Below, piece after piece: positions 20,708-31,174 of a stretch of DNA of 50,528 nucleotides (positions within the stretch are counted from its first letter, which is position 1; each line of letters opens with the position of its first letter). Position numbers and translations under genes: made by a program. The notes beneath the pieces are model-generated. The model did no database searches, was not told where the DNA came from, and saw nothing but the letters and a program-made list of their open reading frames with translations. The DNA comes from Elusimicrobia bacterium LH_S2 (GTDB lineage Bacteria > CG03 > SLGR01 > JAGXOG01), in the NCBI GenBank assembly GCA_023660015.1, contig JAGXOG010000003.1, forward strand, positions 1-50,528. Reading direction: 5' to 3'.

Positions 20708-20877
20708 TGTCATTGCGAGAAGCGTAGTAACGAAGTAATCCCGATTGCCACACCTGCCTATCGGCAAACAGGTCCGCCGCAAGCTTTATCCTGCAAACAA
20801 ATGTCATTTTAAACAAAGCGTAAGCGAAGTGAATAATCTTGAGATTGCCACAAGCCCTTCGGGCCCTCGCAATGACA
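20708..20877. repeat. Nested REP/MITE-like palindromic element
   Basis: 12-bp inverted repeat TGTCATTGCGAG (20708-20719) / CTCGCAATGACA (20866-20877) enclosing the hairpin ACCTGCCTATCGGCAAACAGGT (20752-20773) and a second GTCATT...GCGAAGTGAATAATCT half unit. Confidence 0.7.
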
Positions 20878-21110
20878 CTATTAAATCATCAGTGTGTTTT
20901 CACCTCGGACAAAGTTCTTTCTTTTGACAAAAGCTCCATACCAGTTTTTTTATCTTTATGATTACTTCGGACGTGGTACATTTTATTTTTCCAATTTGTT
21001 TTTATAAAATCTCTCATTTTCTTTGCTTCCACAATTGCTTCCCTTTTTTTTCTCAATTGTATATTCTATCGATTTATCAAGCAAGCATCTTAACAGTATA
21101 TTTAACGGAA

Positions 21111-24100
21111 TCATATAGAATTTATATATTTTCTAATAAATTTTATTATATTGTTGTCGGCGTTGTTCCCGGCATTCTTCTCAGCATTGTTCCCGGCATT
21201 GTTCTCAGAAAAATCAACTTTCATTTTCTCTCCTGACAAAAACCTAAATACACTCTTTTTCCTTCCTGCGGATATCTTTAATATATTTGACTTGGCTGCT
21301 TTAATCTTTAGGGATATGATTTTAAATAGATTTTTTAGTTCTTCGGGCAAAAGGCCGAAGCGGTCATTCATCTCGTCTTCAATATTTTTAAGTTCTTTAA
21401 AAGTTTTTACAGAAGAAAGTTTCCGGTAAAAAGATAGACGCAGCATCTCGTCATAGATATAATCTTTAGGGATAGAAGCCGAAATAGGAATCTTAATTTC
21501 AACATCCGGTATTTTAACATATTTTTTGCCTTTTTTCGCCGCTAACTCTTCGGCAAGTATGTCGCTGTAGTATTCAAACCCTATTTTCATTATATTACCG
21601 TGCTGCTTTTTTCCCAGAAGTTCTCCGGCGCCCCTGATATGCATATCCCGAAGCGCAAGCTGAAACCCGCCTCCCAGAGCGGAAAACGAAGATAAAGCAG
21701 AAACCCTGTTTTTTACTCCCTCGGTAAGAGTCCCTGGACTATACATTATATAACAGTAACCTTTAATAGTGCTGCGTCCCACGCGGCCCCTTATCTGATA
21801 GATATCAGCCAGGCCCATACGCTCGGCCGAATCGATTATCATAGTATTGACATTCGGTATATCTAATCCGTTTTCAACGATGGTAGTAGCCACCAGACAG
21901 TCAAATTCACCATTGGTAAAACTATCCATTATCTTGTCAATCTTTGCCGGATTCATTCTGCCGTGTATATATTCGGCTTTCAAGCCGGGGATATCTCTTC
22001 CTATCTCTTTTTTTATCTTCTTAATACCCCTTACCGTAGAGTGGATATAAAAACTCTGGCCCCCTCTTTCTTTCTCTCTCATTAATGCTTTTTTAATATC
22101 TCTTCTGTTATAGGGCAGGGTAACTGTCTTTACCCCCAGCCGGCCCGGTGGCGGAGTATTTATAAGTGAAAACCCCTTAACTTTTCCCAGGGCCATAGCC
22201 AGGGTACGGGGTATGGGTGTGGCGGTAGTAGTAAGCGTATCTATTCCTCTGAACTTATACCTCAAATCCTCTTTCTGCTTTACTCCGAAACGCTGTTCTT
22301 CATCTATTATAAGTAGCCCGGGCGCAGGAAAATTCAGGTCTTTAGAAAATAACGCATGTGTGCCTATTACTATATCTACCTTACCCTCGTTTATTCTTTT
22401 TTTTATAGCTTTAGATTCAGCAGGGGCCACCAGGCGGGAGAGCAACTCAATTATAACCGGAAATTCCGCAAACCTATCAAGGAGGGTATGAAAATGCTGT
22501 CGGCAAAGAACTGTTGTGGGAGCCAGAAATATTACCTGCCTGCCGTTTAATACTGCTCTAAAGGCCGCCCTCATAGCAACTTCTGTCTTTCCGAATCCCA
22601 CATCGCCGCAGACTAAACGGTCCATGGCTTTTTTTGATTCCATATCTTTCAGGACTTCTTTTATGGCTTCTTCCTGGTGGCTCGTTAATTTATAAGGGAA
22701 TAAATCGGCGAATTCTTTTTCGATTTCGATGTGGGCCCCAAAGGCATATCCGCTTTCCTTTCTGCTTTTATAAATTTGTAGTAACTTGCCGGAAAAAATC
22801 TTTACGGACTCTCTCACCTTCCTCACTCTCTTATTCCAGTTAGTTCCCATGAGGGAATCCACTTTTATACCTGCGCTCCGGCCGGAATATTTATGAACCA
22901 TCGATGCGGATTCAGCCGCAACGAATATATTTGTCCCCTTACGGTATTCTATTTTCAGGTAATCTCCGGCTTCACCTCCAGACCCGGCGTCGGATAACCC
23001 CCTGAACCTGCCTATACCGAAATGTTTATGCACTACATAATCCCCGAATTTAAAATCAGTAGTTTCGGCGATATTATAGACCGGCGGAGGTTCGCCGTAT
23101 CGCTTGTGGTGATAAAAGAGGTCTCCGATAGAAATTACGGCGGTTCTTATCTCTTCTATACTAAACCCACTATGAAGATAACCTTTTATCCGCCCTGATT
23201 TGGCGCCGGTGGATTCATTAATAATATTTACCCCCTTATTAAGTTCTCCCCGGGTAGGAGCGGCGAGGTAGAATTCATATTCCGAGTCTTTTAAAACAGT
23301 GAGTTCATTTTTAATCTGCTTAATCCCTCCCGGGAAATTAAAGGGCCGCAAGTGGAAAGTAAAATCAGAGGCCTTAAAATCATTAAAACTAACCCAAAAC
23401 GGCTGCAGATTTGAAAAAAAATTCTCTTTGTTGACTGCTGTCTTTTCATTACCGGTTTCAATTAATAGAGGCCGGCGGGTGATATATTCCCCGATATAGG
23501 AAGTCCTTCCATCGGCGCGGTTAAAATTTACCGGGAGAACCTCTGTCTTGCTAATATTTTTTATAGTCCGCTGGGTCCGGGGATTAAATTCTTTTAAACT
23601 TTCTGTGGTATTATTTTTAAATATCACCCTGACCGGATTTTTGCTGCCCGGCGACCAGAAATCAATTACATTCCCGCGGCGTGCAAAATCGCCTTCTTCA
23701 GGCACTACTGTATTTCTTACGTAATATCCGGCAGTTAATTTATCAAGTAAATTGGCATATTGTGTCTTTTTGATTTTAACTTTTAAAACAGCTTCCCTGA
23801 AATTTTCCGGAGACATAATCTTTTCTCCGTAAGCCCGGTTGCTTCCTAAAACAATAACCGGCCGGTCAGCGTTAAGCTTTTGGGCTGTTTCGATTCTCCG
23901 GGAAGGATAATCCAGTGGAAAAGAAAGTACGCCGCAATCCGTAAAAACGGTAAGATTATCTTTCCATCTTTGAATATCGTTTTCTTTGGGAAGGACTATA
24001 AATGTGTCTACTCCTTTTGCTCCGGTCAGAGCCGCGGCAAGCGAGGCAGAGGCACTCTCATTTAATCCCGCAATATTAACTGCTTTGCCCGTATTAGTCA

Positions 24101-24146
24101 GATTTAATATATTTTTAAATTCTTTAGTATTTTTCCAGATATTCAT
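21111..24146 (-). CDS. mfd: Transcription-repair coupling factor
   Basis: UvrB-like segment, RID GDYVVHKHFGIG, CGDVGFGKTEV, DEEQRFG, TATPIPRT, QIRGRVGR, RGAGELLG and TRCF domain. Confidence 0.96.
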   Translation of the reverse strand: MNIWKNTKEFKNILNLTNTGKAVNIAGLNESASASLAAALTGAKGVDTFIVLPKENDIQRWKDNLTVFTDCGVLSFPLDYPSRRIETAQKLNADRPVIVLGSNRAYGEKIMSPENFREAVLKVKIKKTQYANLLDKLTAGYYVRNTVVPEEGDFARRGNVIDFWSPGSKNPVRVIFKNNTTESLKEFNPRTQRTIKNISKTEVLPVNFNRADGRTSYIGEYITRRPLLIETGNEKTAVNKENFFSNLQPFWVSFNDFKASDFTFHLRPFNFPGGIKQIKNELTVLKDSEYEFYLAAPTRGELNKGVNIINESTGAKSGRIKGYLHSGFSIEEIRTAVISIGDLFYHHKRYGEPPPVYNIAETTDFKFGDYVVHKHFGIGRFRGLSDAGSGGEAGDYLKIEYRKGTNIFVAAESASMVHKYSGRSAGIKVDSLMGTNWNKRVRKVRESVKIFSGKLLQIYKSRKESGYAFGAHIEIEKEFADLFPYKLTSHQEEAIKEVLKDMESKKAMDRLVCGDVGFGKTEVAMRAAFRAVLNGRQVIFLAPTTVLCRQHFHTLLDRFAEFPVIIELLSRLVAPAESKAIKKRINEGKVDIVIGTHALFSKDLNFPAPGLLIIDEEQRFGVKQKEDLRYKFRGIDTLTTTATPIPRTLAMALGKVKGFSLINTPPPGRLGVKTVTLPYNRRDIKKALMREKERGGQSFYIHSTVRGIKKIKKEIGRDIPGLKAEYIHGRMNPAKIDKIMDSFTNGEFDCLVATTIVENGLDIPNVNTMIIDSAERMGLADIYQIRGRVGRSTIKGYCYIMYSPGTLTEGVKNRVSALSSFSALGGGFQLALRDMHIRGAGELLGKKQHGNIMKIGFEYYSDILAEELAAKKGKKYVKIPDVEIKIPISASIPKDYIYDEMLRLSFYRKLSSVKTFKELKNIEDEMNDRFGLLPEELKNLFKIISLKIKAAKSNILKISAGRKKSVFRFLSGEKMKVDFSENNAGNNAEKNAGNNADNNIIKFIRKYINSI
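21150..21209. repeat. 5 x 12-bp degenerate tandem repeat in the mfd 3' end
   Basis: Units such as ATTGTTCCCGGC encode SENN-AGNN-AEKN-AGNN-ADNN. Confidence 0.85.
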
Positions 24147-24179
24147 CTTTCTTCTTTAGCGGTCTCAGTCCTGAATTTT

Positions 24180-24444
24180 AAATTTTAGACATTGTCCCAA
24201 AGTAATGGATTAACTGTTATGCAAAGAATCTCTTTTAACGACTTTGTTCTCCTGTCAAAAGTCATGCCGGTTCCGTTAGGAAGGAACTTAAACTGTCTGA
24301 ACTCGTCAATATGACGAGTGAGTTTTTGAGTTTCAAGCGTGACGTCTGCGTGCTGAAAGCAAAAGAACAACCGGAGCAGAAAAAGGGACTCTTTGCATAA
24401 CTATTTCTCATATATCTATTACTTTTGGGATAACGTCAAATTTT
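24180..24444. other. Rod-like nested palindrome, copy 1 (structured RNA or ssDNA element)
   Basis: Imperfect outer inverted repeat; GTTATGCAAAGA / TCTTTGCATAAC (24216-24227, 24390-24401); apical ACTCGTCA-ata-TGACGAGT (24301-24319). Confidence 0.75.
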
Positions 24445-24877
24445 AAGCCGTCTCATTTGACATTTCGTTTAATTTTTTTAACAGCTTACGGTCCGAAAGA
24501 TACCCAAGAAGCTCTATAGCCCTCTCCTTGTCTTCCCAGCTTACTTTTACCGGCTCATCCGGTATATCTGCCCGGGTTCCGGTCTGCTTCATAGAAAACC
24601 AGGACACTTTTTTTATAATAATGCTGTTCCCTCTCCGAAAATGATAACGGGTTTCGGCAAGTTTTCCTTCTATAATACAGCGACAGCCGGTTTCTTCGGT
24701 TACTTCCCGCAATGCCGCTTCTTTTTTAGTTTCTCCCTGCTCAATTTTACCCTTGGGGAAAGTCCAGAAGGGTGCTCTGTCTTTTTGGGGCTGAGATTTA
24801 ATAAGAAGAACCTTGCTGCCTCCATATACCAGTCCCCCCGAAGAAAATTCAAACTCTGTCTTAAGATTTTCAATCAT
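24443..24877 (-). CDS. NUDIX hydrolase
   Basis: Nudix box PKGKIEQGETKKEAALREVTEETG. Start placed at ATG 24877, overlapping the pcrA stop. Confidence 0.9.
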   Translation of the reverse strand: MIENLKTEFEFSSGGLVYGGSKVLLIKSQPQKDRAPFWTFPKGKIEQGETKKEAALREVTEETGCRCIIEGKLAETRYHFRRGNSIIIKKVSWFSMKQTGTRADIPDEPVKVSWEDKERAIELLGYLSDRKLLKKLNEMSNETA

Positions 24878-27800
24878 ATACGTATTCTTTGAGCCCGTCG
24901 TCTCCGAAACCGTCATCTCCGCCGTTAAGGGCCTCATCTATAAAACGCGAGGGTATATGCCACCTGGTCTGTCCATATAACATTCTCTGGGAGGCGCTGG
25001 TAAGATAAAGCTGTTCCTTTGCCCTGGTCATACCCACATAACAGAGCCGCCTTTCTTCCTCCATCTGAATTGGGTCATTTAACGCATCGTAGTGAGGGAA
25101 GAGTTCTTCTTCAAGGCCGGTGAGGAATACAACCTTAAATTCCAGGCCCTTGGCGATATGGAGAGTCATCAGGGTTATATACTCTCTGTCAGAATCCAGC
25201 GAGTCTGCTTCAGAGACCAGGGATATTTCATTTAATATCTCCTCAATATCCCGCTCTTTATTTTCTTCCTCGGCAAAAGCAGATACCAGTTCTTCAATAT
25301 TTTCAATCCGACTGCGGGCAGTAATGTCGTCTTTTTTCTCCAGCCACCTGTGGTATCCGGAGAGATTGATAACCTTTTTTACCAGTTCGTCCGGCGGGGC
25401 ATCTTCTCTCATCTTTTCCAAATGATTAAATAAATCTCTTAACGGAACCAACTTTTTTATGGTAGTGCCAGAAAGGCGCCGGCTGCCTTTCTTTATAAGT
25501 TCATATACAGAAATATTTTCTGCCCCTGCGGCCTCCCTTATGGACTGCTCTGTCTTTTTGCCTATGCGCCGGGGCGGACAGTTTATTATCCGGAGCATGC
25601 TTACATCGTCTTTCGGATTTACCAAAACCTTAAGATAACCCAGTATATCCTTAACTTCTTTTCTTGAATAAAACTTTACTCCTCCCAATATCTTATAGTG
25701 AAGCCGGGCTTTCCTAAGGCTGTCTTCAAAAGTTCTTGACTGGGCGTTGACCCGGTAAAATATTGCTATATCGCCGGGTTTGTATCCTTCATCTTCAATA
25801 AGCCGTACTGCTTCGGCTATCACCGACCGGGCTTCATCACGGTTTGAAAAAAATTCTTTATGTCTAACCCCTATTCCTCTTTCTTTTTGAGTCCAGAGTT
25901 TTTTTTCTTTGCGGGAAGGATTATTTTTTATTACATTATGAGCGGCATCCAGTATATTTCCGGTTGAACGGTAATTCTGCTCAAGTTTGATTATCTTTGC
26001 ATCTTTAAAATGATTTTCAAACTCCAGGATATTCCTTATGTCCGCCCCGCGCCAGCTATAAATTGAATTATGAACAACAATACCGCCGGCAATATAGTTT
26101 CTTAAATCAGGCACCGACAGATCATATACATACCCGTCATACTCCTCAGACTTGATTTCTTTTACCGTATCTTCTTTTATCTGACCATTTTCATAAACGG
26201 GAATAGCCATTTCAGGGTGCAGATGAGCTGCTGGCTGATAGAGATATGCCTTTTTTGAAGTCATCCTGGCTTTTTTAACAATCTCTGTACCTCCACAAGA
26301 AAACAACTTTCTAATAAACTCAATTCCCTCACCATAATTTTTCCTTGAAGCTTCAACTCTCCAAGTGTTTTTTTTGCCGCGGCGGACATTAATCCCTTTT
26401 TTATTGAGCTTCTCTTTAAACTTCTTATCCGAACTGTTAAGCTGAATCCTGTGCGCATGCCAGGGATTTTTCACAGAAGACCTGTTTTCGCCGAACATTG
26501 TAAAATTTATTATCTTGCGGTTAATGTGCTTATTTACATAACCACCGGCGATTAGGTGGGGAAACCGGGGATCAATATCCAGGCTTTTCATTAATTTTTG
26601 GCCGCGGGATACTGTATCTATATTCTGAAATAACCTAATAATTTTTTTCTGTTCTAAAACCATCTTACGGCCCTGCACATAAAAAACAGAAGTCGGTACA
26701 CCAAATTTAAATGCATAATATTGCTCATAATAAATAGCGCTATTTTGTTCTTTACAGGTTTTCAAAATCCATATCTTATCGGCTTTTTCCTGATTTAACC
26801 GCACCATAAGACCGTTTACGGTTTGATTACTTTTACGTTTACTCCTGACTCCTTGAGTAATTCCTATTCTGAACCCTAACTTTTTTTTATACATCAGATA
26901 TACATAATAAAGTCCGGCGGCGGGTTTAAGTTTTCCGAACATTATATGATTTGGCGTTAAACAGAGTTCTCTACCTTTTTTAGTTGTTATACGTAAAATT
27001 CTTCCGCTGTATTTCCGTTTTGAGATGTTATCTATATTTTTCACACCGCTTTTTCCGTGGCCGGTTGAACTTTTTAATTTTTCTCCCTTTCGGAAAGATT
27101 CAACTGACTTTTGTCCGCCGGGACATTCTATCGCTGTACCTTTGACAAGACACTGGTCATCGTCTCCGACCACGCAGATATTGTTTTGCGGAGGAATCAG
27201 GAACCTTATTAAAGTATATTGGGCGTAGTTGGTATCCTGGTATTCGTCCACCATTATATACTTGAATTTCTGCCGGTATTTTTTAAGAATTTCGGGGTAT
27301 TCTTTAAATAATTTTATGGTTTCAATTAAGAGGTCACCAAAATCATATCCCCCGTTTACCCGAAGTATATTTTCGTAACGCTGATAGATATCACCTACTA
27401 TATATCTTGCGCTGTCGGAGGCGGCAGAGGCATTTATTTTAAAGCTTTCCACATCTATAAGATTATTTTTGGCACCGGATATCATCTCTCTTATTCCGGG
27501 CGGCGGAAATTTCTTCGGGTCTATATCCATATCCTTAAGGCAATCTTTTATAACTACCAGTTGGTCTTTTTCGTCATATATCGTAAAACTCTTTTTACCG
27601 TCAAAACGCAGTATCTTTGTTGCCATGGAATGAAAAGTTGAAATCCAGACGCTGGAACCCGCGGGGCCTGCCAGTTTCTTTGCCCGGTCTTTCATCTCCC
27701 GCGCGGCTTTATTTGTAAAAGTTACAGCCAGTATGTTAAAGGGACGCACCCCCTCTTTTAACAGTTTTGCTATGCGGTGGACTATAAGCATAGTTTTGCC

Positions 27801-27905
27801 ACTGCCGGCACCGGCAAATATCAACAAGGGCCCGGCAGTATAATTAACTGCTCTTAGCTGTTCTTTATTTAAGTTTTTATTAATTTTTTTTATATTATTT
27901 TTCAT
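24870..27905 (-). CDS. pcrA: ATP-dependent DNA helicase PcrA/UvrD, intein-containing
   Basis: AGAGSGKT, TFTNKAA, VDEYQDTN, LEQNYRS, TLHIAKGLEF and EEERRLCYVGMTRA. Motif III VGDDDQ/SIY.WRGA is split by an insert. Confidence 0.96.
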   Translation of the reverse strand: MKNNIKKINKNLNKEQLRAVNYTAGPLLIFAGAGSGKTMLIVHRIAKLLKEGVRPFNILAVTFTNKAAREMKDRAKKLAGPAGSSVWISTFHSMATKILRFDGKKSFTIYDEKDQLVVIKDCLKDMDIDPKKFPPPGIREMISGAKNNLIDVESFKINASAASDSARYIVGDIYQRYENILRVNGGYDFGDLLIETIKLFKEYPEILKKYRQKFKYIMVDEYQDTNYAQYTLIRFLIPPQNNICVVGDDDQCLVKGTAIECPGGQKSVESFRKGEKLKSSTGHGKSGVKNIDNISKRKYSGRILRITTKKGRELCLTPNHIMFGKLKPAAGLYYVYLMYKKKLGFRIGITQGVRSKRKSNQTVNGLMVRLNQEKADKIWILKTCKEQNSAIYYEQYYAFKFGVPTSVFYVQGRKMVLEQKKIIRLFQNIDTVSRGQKLMKSLDIDPRFPHLIAGGYVNKHINRKIINFTMFGENRSSVKNPWHAHRIQLNSSDKKFKEKLNKKGINVRRGKKNTWRVEASRKNYGEGIEFIRKLFSCGGTEIVKKARMTSKKAYLYQPAAHLHPEMAIPVYENGQIKEDTVKEIKSEEYDGYVYDLSVPDLRNYIAGGIVVHNSIYSWRGADIRNILEFENHFKDAKIIKLEQNYRSTGNILDAAHNVIKNNPSRKEKKLWTQKERGIGVRHKEFFSNRDEARSVIAEAVRLIEDEGYKPGDIAIFYRVNAQSRTFEDSLRKARLHYKILGGVKFYSRKEVKDILGYLKVLVNPKDDVSMLRIINCPPRRIGKKTEQSIREAAGAENISVYELIKKGSRRLSGTTIKKLVPLRDLFNHLEKMREDAPPDELVKKVINLSGYHRWLEKKDDITARSRIENIEELVSAFAEEENKERDIEEILNEISLVSEADSLDSDREYITLMTLHIAKGLEFKVVFLTGLEEELFPHYDALNDPIQMEEERRLCYVGMTRAKEQLYLTSASQRMLYGQTRWHIPSRFIDEALNGGDDGFGDDGLKEYVYD
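26067..27152 (-). mobile_element. Intein (362 aa) in helicase motif III
   Basis: Starts CLVKGT, block B LTPNH, ends YVYDLSV..LRNYIAGGIVVHN followed by Ser+1. Confidence 0.95.
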
Positions 27906-27908
27906 ATT

Positions 27909-28520
27909 CTATATTATGAACTCTGCCACTATCCCAAATGCGGAGTATGAAGAAACCGGACCACAGCAGTTAAGCTCTTTAATTTCCAATTTGTATTCTC
28001 ATTAATATACTCTATATTCCATAAAAATTCTTTAAACTGCAGCTTATATATATTATCTTTACGGGTTTTAGGGCTTCTTTGCTTATGCGGTCAATATATT
28101 TAAATACCTTCTAACTTATGCCCCCCCGGGGCGGAACAAGTATTATACCCTCATACAGTTTTTTACTCACAGCTAAAGATGGCTTACCTTACCGGCTGTA
28201 AATATTATCTTAACCGGCGGGGCAATCTTTTGCAAATTATTTGGCATCACGGATAGAGGCTAAAGAATTTTCTACGCCGGTTATCCGACGGCCAGGCACG
28301 GCTATATAAAAAAGTATAGAACCTATTCTATCATAAAATCATAAAAATCAAGAATCTTATCCGCATTACCGGTTTTAGCTTTTATAAGAGCATATATATT
28401 TTCTATCTGATACGAGTTAGGCTGAAAGAAAGAATAAGGGGAAAGTACCACGGATATTTTCCCTATTTTAACTTTCATCTTTTCGGCGCCGCCTACTGTT
28501 TCATAATTGCCGGCATACAT
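27909..28520 (-). pseudogene. RlmD/TrmA-type uracil-5-methyltransferase remnant
   Basis: SFFQPN, ILDFY, ITGVE...SIRDAK followed by a stop (28237-28239), PPRGG, IIYISC and HTPH fragments in shifting frames; N-terminal half absent. Confidence 0.8.
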
Positions 28521-28545
28521 TTTACTTTAAAAACCCTGTTTACTT

Positions 28546-29425
28546 TCATAATTGTTCCCGAAAAAACTCTGTTCCCGAAAACCTGAAAAGCGGCTTGCCG
28601 ACAGCAACACCTCCATAATCAGCGACAATATCACATTTTGCTCTTAAGATATATATAATATTTTTCCGGTCCGAATCAGTAAGAATCTCATAGTTTGCCT
28701 GCCCCTTGGAAATTATATAATCGGCAGAGTCAAAAAGAGCTTTTGCCTCCGAGTTTAAAGAGTTATATTCAAGACCGACAGCGGCAGGGACTTCTATTAT
28801 CTTAAACTTTTTATCGAGCCCAAAAAATTCGGCATCCTCTATAGTTACATCATTAATTATCGGTGATTTGTTAACGAAGATTACAATATCCAACCCGGGA
28901 TTTATTTTTAATATTTCTTCTATCAGAATACCGTCAAACCCAAACTCTTTGGCATTATCCGACAAAAAGATTATAGAAGAAGAATTTTTAATTATACTCC
29001 GGAACTTATCTGTCTTTTTAGGAGAAATATCTATTTTTATCTCTTCTTCAATTAATTCCTCAACATTAAAATCCTGCAAAATACCGTAATCAATTATATT
29101 ACCACTAAGCAAATCTTTACTGCTATGAGGAAACTGTCCCCCGAGCGGGCGACAAGTTCCCGGACCCTTTTTATAAGTTTTCTTACCCCCCGGTTGGACT
29201 CTTCTGTCAGCTCACTGTATGCATCTCTATTACCGGTGGTTTCTATGACAGATTTAAATACTTTTGTAGCTGTGACCGGCGGAGGATCGGCCGGATCAAG
29301 CCCGGCTATAATACCCGACACTTCTTTTAATACCCTTATACGTTTTGAGAAATCGGGGGTGGAAAGTTTTATGCTTTTACCGCCTGTCTTAAAAAACACT
29401 CCAGGCATTCAATCTTCATCTTCAT
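28546..29425 (-). pseudogene. DUF89/ARMT1-like damage-control phosphatase with two frameshifts
   Basis: MKMKIECLECFLRQ from ATG 29425, shift near 29375, shift near 29105 into GNIIDYG; DNAKE (canonical DNAGE), PIINDVT, SKGQANYE and KC motifs. Confidence 0.85.
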
Positions 29426-29426
29426 C

Positions 29427-31157
29427 TTACTGCACCATCTTATCGAGCATCATCTTTGCTTTGTAATTTTCAGGATCAAGTTTTAATACCTTATTGAATT
29501 CCCTGGTGGCTTCCTTGAGCCGGCCCTGGTAATAATATATATATCCCAAATTAAAATGGGCGTCGGGCATAGCCGGATTTCTTTTGAGGGCTTCTATATA
29601 GTACTTTGCGGCGTCGTTTCTCTTGCCCAGGGTAAAATAAATATTACCGAGGTTATTGAAAGCTCCTGTTAAACTGTCATCGAGCTTAATAGCTTTCTTG
29701 AAATTTTTAATTGCCGGCTGAAATTCCCTGTCTTTTGCCTGAATCCAGCCCAGTTTATAATATATTAAGGCATTCTGTGGTTTTGACTCTATAAGTTTTT
29801 TAAGTTCCCTTTTGCTGTATTCCCTTTCGGTATCAAAAAAATCTGTCTCTCCCAATAATTTTTTATGCGAGAAAAGGGGAGTTAGAACCGCTCGAGCCCA
29901 GAAAAAGAGCAGAAGCGCAAATAGAATCACGGCAATTACTTTATAACTTTTATGATATCGGTTTATTTTTTCTTTTTTTTCTCTATATTTTCCCGCTATA
30001 TCACCAACAGAGAGCCCCATAAGAAAAAATGCCCATAAACTTGAGATTGTAAACCTCATATTTACAGATACAAAGCTGTGAATAATTATAGCTGTTGCCC
30101 CTAAAAAAGCACCCTGTTTTATATATCCGCCCGAGCCGTATTTTAAATTTAATATAAAAAAAGTTGCTAAAAGCCATATATATATTCCGAAACCGGTTAT
30201 TCCTGTCTCTGCAAAAATATCTATAAACTCATTATGCGCATAATTAACTATGAATTTCCCCTGTGGAATTATTTTAAGGAGTTCTTTTGAGGCATAGGCC
30301 GGAAATTCATTATGGTAATTTCCTATACCCACCCCGCTTACGGGGTTATCGGCGGCCATCTTTAAACTGTCTTTCCATATCAGCAGGCGCTGGGTATCTC
30401 TATTTAATTCATCCCTCTTTATAAACCCAAATAAAATTATAAGTCCGGCAATTATAACGACCGCATAAGAGGGAATCTTTTTCCTGCCGTAAGCAAAATA
30501 CCACAATATTGCTGCTCCGGTTATTCCCATCCAGGCGCCCCGGGTTTTTGTATAATATAAAGCAAAAACCATAAATAAGAGGGCTATGAACTTCCAAATT
30601 CTCTTTTTTTTAATAAAAAACGCCGCCGCAACAGGTATGAGCCCAATTAAAAATGAGGCAAAGAAATTTGGATTACCGAAAGTAGCAAAGATTCTGCCTA
30701 ATTTCGGCACCTGAAGAATCCATATACCCCCGGAAACCTGGAGTAATCCGTAAAGACTTACCAGCCCGCCGATTGCCGTAATATACCCTATGAGAAAATC
30801 CGCCCCACAGAAAAAAAACAGCCTGTATGCCAATATATATGCCACGACGCCGAAAAGCATTCTCTGCCATTCAGGGTAGGCGGCCGCGCCGGCGGGGGAA
30901 AAAAGATAAGCAAATGTATAAAAAACGGCAAGGGCAATAAACGGTAAAACAACAGCTTCTTTTATTATCTCAGATATTTTTCTATATTCTTTTATGAACC
31001 ACAATAAAAAGAGCAGCAACAGGGAAAGCTCTACCCCAATAAGTTTATACCTGATTAATTTAACATCAACTAAAAAAACAAGTGAGGTAAAAAAAATTAG
31101 CCAAGCTACTTTAATTAAGGCAGTAAGTGTTTTATTTTTCTTAATTTTAGAAAACAC
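29427..31157 (-). CDS. O-antigen ligase family membrane protein with C-terminal TPR repeats
   Basis: TFGNPNF, TRGAW, R..IW, GVGIGNY and AHNE motifs, followed by TPRs. Confidence 0.88.
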   Translation of the reverse strand: MFSKIKKNKTLTALIKVAWLIFFTSLVFLVDVKLIRYKLIGVELSLLLLFLLWFIKEYRKISEIIKEAVVLPFIALAVFYTFAYLFSPAGAAAYPEWQRMLFGVVAYILAYRLFFFCGADFLIGYITAIGGLVSLYGLLQVSGGIWILQVPKLGRIFATFGNPNFFASFLIGLIPVAAAFFIKKKRIWKFIALLFMVFALYYTKTRGAWMGITGAAILWYFAYGRKKIPSYAVVIIAGLIILFGFIKRDELNRDTQRLLIWKDSLKMAADNPVSGVGIGNYHNEFPAYASKELLKIIPQGKFIVNYAHNEFIDIFAETGITGFGIYIWLLATFFILNLKYGSGGYIKQGAFLGATAIIIHSFVSVNMRFTISSLWAFFLMGLSVGDIAGKYREKKEKINRYHKSYKVIAVILFALLLFFWARAVLTPLFSHKKLLGETDFFDTEREYSKRELKKLIESKPQNALIYYKLGWIQAKDREFQPAIKNFKKAIKLDDSLTGAFNNLGNIYFTLGKRNDAAKYYIEALKRNPAMPDAHFNLGYIYYYQGRLKEATREFNKVLKLDPENYKAKMMLDKMVQ

Positions 31158-31174
31158 CGGAGTTTTTAAAATTT

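Noticed and set aside
20745-21236. Short plus-strand ORFs (60 and 92 aa)
   Set aside because: They overlap repeat elements and the mfd antisense strand; no coding motifs.
24185-24370. 61-aa ORF on the minus strand
   Set aside because: Lies wholly within the palindromic element and has no recognisable motifs; likely spurious.
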